Source: Hydrolagus affinis (lineage: Eukaryota). Taken from it: DNA of 63,850 bases. Made by a program: the position numbers and the translations under genes. The first letter of the stretch is position 1; each line of letters begins with the position of its first letter. This document shows, piece after piece, positions 52,911 through 63,850 of the stretch. Location of the stretch: contig JAAILG010001639.1 of NCBI GenBank assembly GCA_012026655.1, forward strand, positions 1 to 63,850. The letters are read 5' to 3'. The notes beneath the pieces are model-generated. The model saw nothing but the letters and a program-made list of their open reading frames with translations, was not told the DNA's origin and ran no database searches.

Positions 52911-53114
52911 CAAAACAGTAAGCTGCACAAATGGGCAAAGAGCAATGAGTATTCTGCTAATACCACAGTTAGTTTTTAATTGACAAGGTGTGTTGTAATA
53001 TAATAACTGTGCTTTATTTAAATATTTAATGATTGACCGTGAACATGGTTTGGTTATTCTTATTTATGCATGTGTGTGTGTGTCGTCGCGTGCATGGATG
53101 TGTGTGATTGTGTG

Positions 53115-53406
53115 GGATTTCCTGTAGCTAGCCTTACAAGCAAACGATCTGAGTTCAATTACAGCCAGGGTGAAATCTTGGGCAAGTTTCCTTCCTCCAC
53201 ACACCTGATAAATAATCCCTCCCAATAAAAATTGTACATTTAAATCCACGACTGTTTGTGGGACACTGCTGTGCGCAATTGGCTGCTGCGTTTCGCCCAC
53301 ATTTACACAGTCGACTCACTTTACGGTATATTTGGTGAAGCACTTTGAGACGTCTAGAAGACGTGAAAAGCGCTACATCAAATGCAAGGATTATTATTAT
53401 TATTAT
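53115..53406 (+). mobile_element. Young SINE, near full length, head-to-head with 52618-52910
   Basis: ggatttcctgtagct..gccttacaagc...; core and tail near consensus. Confidence 0.85.
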
Positions 53407-54044
53407 AAGAGTATGAATGAAATAAATTACTGTAACACATGCTCCAAGCAAACAAAATAACTGCAGAGTTTACCAACATCAATATGTGTTTGCTTGCCAA
53501 CATATGGTTGTTCCTTTTCCTCTGGAGACATCTCTCTGTGTGTAAGTTATAGCTACTTTGCAATTAACATGGCACAAAGTTCTCAAATATTGACCTAGTG
53601 CTGCAGATGGATTGATGTATTGTGTGCAACTTTATATCTGGGTATCCCCAAAAGTAATGGCTCATTCAAATATCATCAGCTGGACTTCAAATGTTGCCGA
53701 AATTGAAATTCCCTTTTAAAATCAAATCAAATATGTTGAGATGGCAAAAATAATATATCCGTAATAATAGTACATTCTCTGACATAAAATTCAATGCACA
53801 CATTTTATTTTAAACAGCTTCAACCTCCAAATAATACTTCTTCGTTAAAAGATTTAGTGAAGGGAGACTAGGGCCACTCACTCAGTGATCTCTGGAGTGT
53901 ACATACAGGCATCTGTCTGTATGTCATCTTCACTTTAGTTAACATTGACTCCAGAATAAAGATCGCAGCCCCATGTCTTTTAGTAACCAAAAATTGAGTG
54001 AAGCACATTTAACCCTGGGGATTGCAGTATTTTGTCCATATTTT

Positions 54045-54725
54045 GTCACAAGCGAGAGACCTGGATTTGGTTCCTGGCAGGGCAAAACATTGGCAAGTTT
54101 CCTTACTCCACAATCCTCATAATAATCCCTCAAGAATAATAAAAAAAATAGGTTATTTTATCACAAATTGAAGTCCATGAAACGGCTGATAATTTAGATT
54201 TTTCAGGACAACTACAACAAAAACTTGGATTTATAAAATAATAATAATCCAGTTGCTGGTCGAATGGCACTCTGCTTTTCCGGGGGTAATAATCCATTCA
54301 AAAAACAAATTAGAATAACTTGATTACTCAATCCATGACCAGCGCCTTGGGACGTCCTCCCGACGTGAAAGGCGCTCTATAAATGTAATTTGTTGTTGTT
54401 TACGGGACACTGCTGTGTGCAATTGACTGCCGCGTTGTGCCCACAAATTTACAGTGAATTCACTCTACAGTATATCTGTGATAATAATATAAATAATAAT
54501 CCTTGCATTTGAGCTAGCGCTTTTCGCGTCTTCTAGATGTCTCAAAGCGCTTCAGCATATACTGTAAAGTGAATTGACTGTACAGTGTATACTTGTGAGC
54601 GAAATGCAGCAGCCAATTGCGCACAGCAGTATCCCACAAACAATCGTGGATTGAAGTGACCAATTTTTTTTAATTGATAAGGCACAATATCAATGTAAGA
54701 AATATTATTTTTATTATTATTATTA
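54045..54725. mobile_element. Nest of SINE and L2 fragments (plus-strand SINE interrupted by an L2 tail at 54340-54400 and an inverted SINE at 54490-54670)
   Basis: Family motifs in both orientations, with junctions visible. Confidence 0.8.
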
Positions 54726-55578
54726 CTGACTATTTTCAGAGCTGAGCTCCTGCAGGTCTACATGATGGATTAGTCTTCTGCTTGTCATAGAGAAGCCCAA
54801 GTTGGATTCATTATTAAGGAACCATTTAACGTCCATTGTGTATTTAGTTCCCATTATTATCTGCTGCTTGTGATCTATTTTTGTTGCTTATTTTTTTTTA
54901 TAAAAGAAAAAATAAGTAGTCTCCCTGGTGTCCAATTGATTGTTTTCAATAGTGTGTTAAGCCACCAGTCGACTAACCAATTCACTTCCTCATCATCATC
55001 ACCACACCACAAATAAATGATTAAAATTTATTATAATTGCTGGTCCGCAAACGCACCCTCAAAGCTACAAGATGAGGCTTCACTGCAATTTGAATTTTAG
55101 TGTTCCATTTACTCTGTCTTTTAATGTGCCTTGTAATGAAGTCATTAGTAAAAAAACACATCTGGAAGTTCTTTGGGGAACATTTCATTTTCGGCTGGTT
55201 TGTCAATAACATAACTCATGACACAAAGGGCCCAGCTGCTTTCAGGAACCTTGCTGTGGAGCGTTCTATCTTTCCCTGTTCGGCGCTGACTGTATGTACA
55301 GCTGCGCTGAATCCAGCCGCACAAAGATAAGATTTCCCCAGCACACACAGCCCGAGAGCTCTTTGACCCAGCAACATTGATATCTGCCAAGTTTTCACTT
55401 AGAAAACAAGCATCGCTTTCACAGCTTGCCGACCTTTGCTTCGGCCCGTTGCCCTTTCAGGTGAAAGGGGAGGCTGGAGAAAAGGCTAATGATGTCCGTG
55501 GCCAGTCCCCAGTTGCCCCCCTGCCCCCAAGCTATTGCCTAACGCGTGTAACCATGAGTCTTGTGCTTTCTCCTAAAG

Positions 55579-55746
55579 GTGACTGTCAAGATGTACAAGC
55601 GAGGGGGTCATGGCTGGTTATGGAGGCCCGTCTGTAGCACAGTGGTTATCCCATACAACTCTCACGTCAAATTCAGGGTCTGCGGAGAGGACACAGATGC
55701 AAAGATCCCAGCCAACAACATCGACAGAATCATCCTGAGCATATGA
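55579..55746 (+). CDS. Terminal coding exon: VTVKMYKRGGHGWLWRPVCSTVVIPYNSHVKFRVCGEDTDAKIPANNIDRIILSI*
   Basis: Acceptor cttgtgctttctcctaaag|GTG, phase 0 matching exon 4. GC- and codon-like composition, ends at TGA 55744-55746 (ORF 55561..55746). Joining across about 43 kb is inferred from phase and protein plausibility. Confidence 0.8.
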   Translation: MTVKMYKRGGHGWLWRPVCSTVVIPYNSHVKFRVCGEDTDAKIPANNIDRIILSI

Positions 55747-56109
55747 AATTGATTTCGGTATTAAACTGACCATGGCAGCTGCGTCACATTATTTCAATAA
55801 TGTGCAGCCATTTTTCATTGATCAGTTAATTTGTGTTCTTCAGCTAATCGAAACACAAATCTCATTAGCCTTAGGTCAGTGGACATGAAAAAAGGGAAAA
55901 TTCATTTTGATAGCCTAGTTGGCTGCAAAAATGCAAAACATTTTAGGTGTTTTGAGTGCACTGGGAGTTCCAGTTTAAAAGCGTGTGCAGACACCCTGAT
56001 AATTCATAACTAGAGGACAACTTTTCACTGTTAGTGCAAGTGAGGTCAGTCAGACGAGACACGAGTTGAAGCTTTGGATTATAAATGCATGTCAGGTATT
56101 TAAATTTGA

Positions 56110-56115
56110 AATAAA
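56110..56115 (+). promoter_or_regulatory. Candidate polyadenylation signal AATAAA of the NERD-like gene
   Basis: First AATAAA after the stop (about 365 nt downstream), followed by a GT/T-rich stretch at about 56163-56190. Confidence 0.4.
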
Positions 56116-57200
56116 AAAAGCTTTAATTAACACCACACTTAGTTGAGGTTTTCAAGAGATCATTTCTGTTCTGTTGGTTTGTTCTCCCGTTTACTTTCGA
56201 GGCAGCCCACTGTTGACCCTTACTAACAATGAGAAGTGTATGATACGCTGAAAATATATTTTTTAAAACGACTAGAATTAATTAGCATCCTTTGTCAAAA
56301 GAGCAAAATGTGCCTTTTTTTTGTTTTTTCACATGGAAAGTATTATGTAGTAGATTTACAGTTGATTTTAGCATTTTAAATGAATATTCTAACTCTGTGA
56401 ATGTTAGAAAAGCTAATGCGTACTGACTTTGTGGTTTTGCAGCATTTAGCCTGGGGGGAGATTTAACTGCGAGTTATATCAGTAGAAACACTGTGACAAC
56501 AACTCGCATTGGTATAGTGTCTTTCATGTAAAAGAACGTCACAAAACCCTTGACAAATACAGTGGTGTTCACCAAGAGGGGGAATAAGAGATTTAAAGAT
56601 GTTGATCAAAGACAGTCAAAGAGGATGTATTTTATAAAGAGGGTTTTAAATGCAGGGAGAGAGACGGCAAAGGGAAATGGCTTTTAGTAGAAGGTTCCAA
56701 AGGAACACAGGAAAATCAGATGTTTCCCCACACTAGTAGATAAGCAAAGGTTGCTAGTCACCTCGCAGAGCTCCTGTGTAAAGTGATGTCTGTTGTGTTT
56801 TTCTTTTTGCCATGCAGGGGAACAATGTGTCCTTGGACCTAATTCATCTTTCACAAAGTTTCCATAGAATAAATCGGTAATATTATTGGCCCATGGTTAG
56901 CTGGAGTCTTATCCGGTCCTTGGAAGGATTCCGATGTACATTGCAGCTAAATGCTGCCAGTGTTGAAGTTGTCAAAGGGACACAGTAGAAAACAGCTTCC
57001 TCGTGGCCTTCTCTCTGACAGCGCCTATTATGATACAAAACATTGTGTGGCAGCTTTGTACTGATGACAAGTTCCCCTCTTTCCTGAAGCTTGGTGATAG
57101 CTTTTTTTTACTATTAGTGTTAAGAGCCAGCGAAAATGTGGGTACATACTGACTGCTAACACAAGAGTGAATGTTACAGCTCCAATCCTCACACTACACA

Positions 57201-57412
57201 TAATAATAATAATCCTTGCATTTGATATTGTGCTTTTCGCATCTTATCGACGTCTCAAAGCGCTTCACAGAATATACTGTAAAGTGAATTGACTGTATAT
57301 TTGTGGACGAAACACGGCAGCCAATTGCGCACAGCAGTGACACACAAACAGGCGTCTGATTGAAAATGACCAATTTTTATTATTGTGTTTTCTTTCGGAC
57401 AGATTATTAACA
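57201..57412 (-). mobile_element. SINE 3' two-thirds
   Basis: Tail and core match the family. Confidence 0.85.
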
Positions 57413-57909
57413 TGTAAGATATTTGCATCGAAACGTTTATTAAGTAATGAGTGGCAGTGAACCATCCAGTCAGCACATCACCAGCTCACATGTTGCAATC
57501 CAGTTCCTCTGGCATTACAATGTGTTAACAACTGAGTATCAGACTTTCAAATTTTGAACTTGACCTACCTTTCAAATATAACATTAAATATTTAATTGCA
57601 GAAATGTAATGTAATAATGGTAACCTTTTGTCAGGAGTGAATGCAATAAACCACTCCCGCACTTTGATTAAAGGCCTTGATCTTTAATCAGCGCCAGAGC
57701 TATATATTGCTTCCTTCGCCCGCTTTTAACAAACAGAAGTTATCACTCCACTAAAATATATCACTGAAATGTAACTTTTAGAAATGAATGGAAAATGTAA
57801 CAAAAAAATCTGTACATTTCAGCTTCCAATCCTTCGGCGTTCCGTTCCGACTTTAGTGCTTTTACATTTATTCTGGGTTTTCCTTTCCTCCTCCATGTTG
57901 AAAGGGAGG

Positions 57910-58110
57910 GGGATCCTATAGCTCAGTGGTTGGAGCACTCACGCTACAAGTGTGAGACCTGGGTTCAATTCCCGGCAGGGCGAAAACTTGGGCAAGTTTC
58001 CTTACTCGACACGCTTAATAGTAATCCCTCCAAAAAAAACACAATAATAATTTGGTCACACAATTCACGACTGAATTGCTAATTCAGCGCTATATGAAAG
58101 AAATGCAAGG
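57910..58110 (+). mobile_element. SINE with intact head and deleted core
   Basis: gggatcctatagctcagtggttggagcactcacgctacaagtgtgagacctgggttcaattccc. Confidence 0.85.
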
Positions 58111-61100
58111 GTGATGAGGGTTGAAAGGCTTATAGGGCACTTGCTTACATGATTCCCTGAATGTTTGAAGAATTCACCTGTCAAAAAATAAAGTCAAATG
58201 ATGTTCAGTACCAATAGTTTTCGGGTAGAGGCCGCCCATGCCTACACAATTTGTGCCATGGTTAATCTAATCTATCTATTGTTTGCTGTCATTAGCTTAC
58301 TTTTATCCATGTCTAAATCTATGTGTATTCTTCAGTCCGTCAAAATATCTGAATCCCAATGTCTCTCAAATATGTTTTGTCACACAGCTTGTAATTATGA
58401 ATAAATCTTGGAATATTACTAGAAACGTATTTGATTCTGTCATCTTTGTAGACCAAGAAATCGGCTCTGTGATTTCCCCTCGTAATACTATACAGGGTGA
58501 CTGCAAAAATCATCATTTCTTTAAGATTTGTTAGAGATTGCCATGGTATTACGACTTTTAGGTTGCCCCATTCAAGCAGAAGTATTTTGTCACGTTGATA
58601 GTTTTAACATTGCAAGGATACAAAAGTTGGTTCAGAATAAGAAGGGTCTTCAGCCCATTTTACCTCAACCATCCAGTATCCTTCCAATCGGCTGTTTTTC
58701 TAGGGACGGCAAGAAGGATGAGCTAACAATTTATTTAAAATGATTCCAGTGTCCTGGTCTCAACCACCCTTCCCAGCAACCTGTTCCAGGCGTTAAATGC
58801 TGCAATTGAAATGTCATGGACAATTGAAATGTCATAGTGTGATCTGATACGTAATACTTGTAACTGTTACCAAATAAAGAGCAGACTGACTGCAGTTTCT
58901 GGCGGTACAGCAAAAATATTTGTCAACTAAGTTGCAGACATGAACCTAATGAATCTTTCCTCCACGTACTGGAACCCTCAAGGAATTTCATTTGCATTAT
59001 TGGCCTCAACACTCTCCATTTTTCATTACAATCAAACTTTTCTTTAAAAAAAGTAAATATCTTTTAATTAAACATCTACAGCAGATTTCATTTTAAGTTA
59101 CCATTAAAAATGTAATTAAGTATACATGAGTTATATAGATTCCGAGTTAATTAAACCAATAATCTGTTTATTGGTCAGTAAGTATCTAATAAATTATACA
59201 TAATATACTAGGCTATTAATACCCTTATAATTCTGCTGTAAAACGTCACCAAAAATTATTTTATATCAATGCATAGAACAGAGTTATTTCCCAACGATTT
59301 ACTGTGATCTCTTCAGCGAGGATATCATCATGTACCAACTAACAAGAGCTTCAGGCTGTGAACTGTGTCCCCAACAGGTTCTGCCACCAAAACAAATACA
59401 TGCCACGTTGCAGCAAAAGCAATATATGCTTTTAAATAAAACTTAGGTGTAATAACTAGCTGCTAGGATGGAGCTCATCCTTTTCTTGACAAAAAAAAAT
59501 GTCTATCTAATTTGCCACTGGTGGAATTGGGAGCACGCAGCACATGGACAATGTTTACTGGTGCAAAATGTTGTACAATCTATTTATTGGATTTCATCAT
59601 TTTAAATGTGTGGATTACGTCTCACTGGCAATCTTGTTAACACGGCAGCTATGGTTTTACACACTTATTGTATAAGAATATGAAAACCTCAATTGTTCTT
59701 CCGAAACAGGTATTTTCTGTGTTGAAAGAGCTTAACATTTTTTTCTTCTCTCGGATGGGTGTCTGTTTCACATATCCACTGCTCAGAGGAAAATAAATGA
59801 TTTAATCTTGTGCGAGCTATCACTCAACTGTTGATCGTACAGTACATTATGGAGCAGCCAGGGACTGCCCTGCCATCAGAACAATAGCAAATAATGATAA
59901 GCCTTCTATTTGATTATAGCCACTATAATATCACACTATATTTTGTCCACATAATACAGTCAATTCACTTTACAGTGCAATCTGTGAAGCGCTTTGTGAT
60001 GTCTCGAAGACGTGATAAGATGTTGTATCAAATGCAAGGATTATTAATATTATTATTATCAAAATGTCTGGAAGTGCTTCAGAGTAATTGCTGCTAACTA
60101 CAGAAAATTTACTATAAACATTATTAAAACGTTCTCATTTTGTCTAGAATTGCTAGAACTTTCTCTATACTTTTAATCACATGCAGCAAAACTAATTAAT
60201 TCTCAATTCTGCACATTCAGGTAAGTTTACATTTTCTCATCTGGTGAAACTGGAAAATTACTCTCAGCATTTTTTCCACTCTTCCCCTGCAACTTTCTCA
60301 ATTGACCCAAATTTCCTTTTCCCATCTCATTCTTTTTAATCTCTTTCAAGTTATCAGCATCTTTTACAGCCTATCATGAATTTTATTAATTTGTTGCTAA
60401 GAAACCTTATCCATGAATCTCATTTGACCTCTGGTCTCCCAGTTAGAAGCTTCTTGGCAAATATTCAGGCTTTAATCTCCACGAGTTCCTTTATTAATTT
60501 TGTGACTGGTTGAAAATATCGTTCTATGTTAGCTCCTCGTTTGCAAAACAAAAAAAGGGGTTTCATTTCCTGGAGGATAAAATGATACATTACAATCTAC
60601 ATAAATGATTCTACAGCTCTTTTTTGTGCTATTTTACGTTGACTCCTAATTTGATCTTCAATTTCTATTGTGTGTCCAGTTTGTATTTTCTCTCTATCTA
60701 TCAATGATTTTCTTATATAGCTCGCTCCTGCGAGTCCGTGTGTTTGCCTACATTTTGGGATATTGCATTCTACAATTCTTACTCGGTTTTCTGTGCTATT
60801 TTCCCTGGTCAGCCAGGTGTCTGACATATGGGGAAACCCATCACCATATGTTAGGAGTATCCAAACCTTAACTGAGAAATCCATGCATCCCACCTACACA
60901 TGGAAATTCCAGAGGTAGATTGTTGGAATGGAATGAGCGCTTTCTCTCTCTCCCTAGAAGAATGCTTACCTAATTCCACAAAGCATGAGGCCCAGGTAGG
61001 CAAGAGCCAAGGCTTGGGGACCCCATCATGTGCGTTGAGGATACTGCTGGAGTCGAACAAGCTAAAATTGCATAGCTTGCCCACTGAGAGCAGAAATGTT

Positions 61101-62474
61101 CAAATGTGCAAAGATAGATGATGAAAATTTTGAGTTATGATATTGATAGCCACGAATGTGGCCAAACTAACCCGCCTCATTCATTAAGTCTCTGTTCACA
61201 TATTTATGCTACATGAACAGCAAACAGTCTACATGCACGTGTATTTTGCTCCAGAGCATATTCAGAGATAAGTGCATGTTTCAATAATACAATACATGTT
61301 CCATTTCGTTAATGCTCATATTGAAATGATATAGTTGACATGGTATTTCCGCCTCTACTGTAAGTAGCTAATTGTATTATAAGATTCACATCAGTTAAGA
61401 AATGTTCTATGTTTTCAACTACGAAATAACATTACGTTTACAGATAACATTGAAAATATAACTAAACAGGAAACAATAAACAGTCTATTTAGTATTTGAG
61501 AAAATAGGTTGGTTTGTCAACCATGGTAAAATATGCCGCTATCCTTAAAGTTAGAGGAATTATATTCTCACTGAGCTATAAAAATCAAATATTTGGGACA
61601 ACAATGTTTAGAAAACAATGTTTACAATATATCTCAGACCCAACTACTTGAGTCTCAAAGGAAAAAGACAAATAGCTCTTCAATCATTTTATAAAAGCAG
61701 ACAATTCATTTTATGTATTAATTCTCTGATTTATAACTCTATTGTATGTCATTTGCAGTCTTGACCTTTCCATGTGCTGCTTGAATAGATAGTGTAATGC
61801 ATCGAAGAAATGTATCTTTAACTAACCACCCATATAATAAGAGCCAGGTCCATCATTTCAATCATTCACACACCACTCTTTAAGCTGTCTGGATGAATTG
61901 TGGTCCTTGGGCATTGCAAAGCAAATGAGTTACTTTAAATGCATTCAAAAACATTGACTATCTCCTAACAGTTTTGCACAAGCAGTTTTCCTTTTGTTAT
62001 TTTTATACGGTAATCGACTTTGCCTGAATTCTGTACCATTACTTGATGAGATTCTGGTAATGTAGTTGTGTTTGTTGATATTACTATCACAGTCGTTCAC
62101 CGGTTCGGCAATCCAAATTACAAGCGAAATCGCAAGCGTCAGTCACTTCGTAATAACGGCTTAGTGTTTGCAAACCTTCTGTGCTCTTAAATCTAAATCA
62201 AAATACTAAGATTGTTTCAGTTTGTTTGGGGAGTGGCGAGGGATCTTTATTAACATTCCCTACATGCAAACTAACTTCAAAAGTTTAAGATACGGAATTG
62301 CAGTACACTTGGATAAAATGTATTTAAGTCTCAAACACTAATATCATCGAGAGTAGCTGGCCTCTGAGATAATGTATTAAATCTCTCTGCAGTGCAACAC
62401 AGTATATCAGCGCCTTGTATTAACAGTCTCCACTATTTTAACATAACTACAATCCATTGAATATTATATTTGTT

Positions 62475-62687
62475 AAACCGAGATCCCGCCTGGCTTGTTC
62501 AGGTGGATGTGAGAGATCCCTTGGCACTACTTAAACAGAAGGGAGTTTCTCTCAGATGCCCTGATGAGCAAACAGTGTGTAAATTGGCTGCTTATAAAAC
62601 AGACGGTCACTACAGTTTACCCGATGTTAGGCTGTGAAATGTCTTCCCGACACGATTGGCACTTTATCAAATGCAAGGATTATTATT
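62475..62687 (+). mobile_element. Old DeuSINE, Deu domain and tail (similar fragments at 15195-15340, 24655-24915, 29050-29280(-))
   Basis: gttaaaccgagatcccgcctggcttgttcaggtggatgtgagagatcccttggcactac...gggagtttct. Confidence 0.7.
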
Positions 62688-63850
62688 TAGGTACAAAACT
62701 AAAATGAGAAACGTATTGGCGAGGGAGGAGAAATGTGGTATGTGATGTGACAATCATCAAAGGTGATGATTTCACCGACTGTTTCATGTCCCCTACCTGA
62801 TCTGCTCCATCACCTGTGGGTGTGTTTTCAGGCAATCCACCCCCGCGAGGAGATATGAAAAGACTACTAAAGGAGAGGTTTGCAAGAGGTTGTAATAAAT
62901 TATTAAGCATTCAGGAGACAGTTGCAAATAACTGAACAATATTGCCACCTGCTAGAATTTGGAAACTGCAATATCATGCTTATCATGTTGCAGCGTAGGG
63001 TACGGTTTTAGTTGCAGTTCTGAGACATAGGGTCAATTTTGCTCTGTTTCTTAACAGGATTTCTTAACGACGCCAACTCACAGGAACACTACGACTCAAT
63101 CTATTTTCAGAGATGGTACCATGGAGTCGGCAGGGTGTGCATGACATACTTTTGGTTATCGGAAAAAGTCCCACTCGGATTTCTTAATTATGAAATCCTT
63201 GTTAATATATAGCAGGAATTGACCATGCCATTATGTCACCTCTTTGTTACTATTAATCTCTCCAGTGGACCTGGCATATGAAGTAAAAGTCAGACCAAAT
63301 GCCAGACATTTGCTTTTATGTGACGCTAAGCTACCACTCCACTTATTACATGTTAAAAATACCATTTCTCCTGTGAATCTATAGGACTTGGTTAAGTGAG
63401 AAAGACAAGATTTTAATTAGATGATACTCATTGATTTTGAAATAGTAGATTTCATGATCAGCAGTCATTAACAAACCATTATCATTCACTGCTCTTTTGT
63501 AATGCTTTTTTCAAGTAGTTGCATTTTATAGATTTTTAGAGTAGGATCCTATTTTTGTACATAGGATATCATGCAAGCATACATCATATCGAGTGCATTG
63601 TGACTAATGTATTGTGTAAGGAACTGTATGCTGCTTCGGTCTAATTTGCAATTATTTTTGTATCACTCGGTTAATAATTAATGAGTATAATTTTTGTTTA
63701 ACTAAAGTCCTTTATTCTTATGCATTATTAGACCGCAAAGATTGTTTGAAGCTGCTTCTTGTATTGATTGTTTCTTGTACGTCCCAAATAATTCAGGGGG
63801 TTGCGTGGCAATTTTTTCCAACCGTAATCATTCGGTTAAAAAGAAATCGG

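Noticed and set aside
4578-60059. Recurrent near-identical motifs as a CRISPR-like or tandem array
   Set aside because: They are dispersed, in both orientations, 5'-truncated and end in microsatellite tails, so they are retroposon copies in a eukaryotic genome.
61463-61473. FOX:ETS-like motif TAAACAGGAAA
   Set aside because: A single short motif in AT-rich DNA is expected by chance.
62762-62800. C-box (GTGATGA) and D-box (CTGA) as a C/D snoRNA
   Set aside because: The boxes are only about 30 nt apart, too short for a snoRNA, and they lie outside the predicted gene.

Overview
Eukaryotic, AT-rich vertebrate genomic DNA. The repeat content (Deu-domain tRNA-SINEs, L2 and CR1 LINE 3' ends, a shark-type Penelope-derived element) points to a cartilaginous fish, probably a holocephalan such as Callorhinchus; this is an inference. 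Nearly all ORFs in the supplied track are noise. The real gene is a spliced + strand gene whose 5' end lies upstream of the window. Five GT-AG exons (50-150, 837-985, 9400-9628, 11992-12212, 55579-55746) join in frame into about 288 aa ending in a stop. The protein has a NERD-like (PD-(D/E)xK superfamily) motif with substituted catalytic positions (EINVVVLTGQGVFCLDLRNWQG...DPVQ) and a distinct C-terminal beta-rich domain. I do not recognise it as a named mammalian gene. Its last intron is about 43 kb and holds many repeat-poor, homeodomain/Sox/TALE-motif-rich blocks that look like conserved non-coding enhancers. Intron 2 contains a decayed kelch-repeat coding remnant and a diverged local duplication. 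There is one 100-N assembly gap. No CRISPR, rRNA or genuine tRNA genes were found. Repeat family names come from recalled consensus sequences, not from a search.
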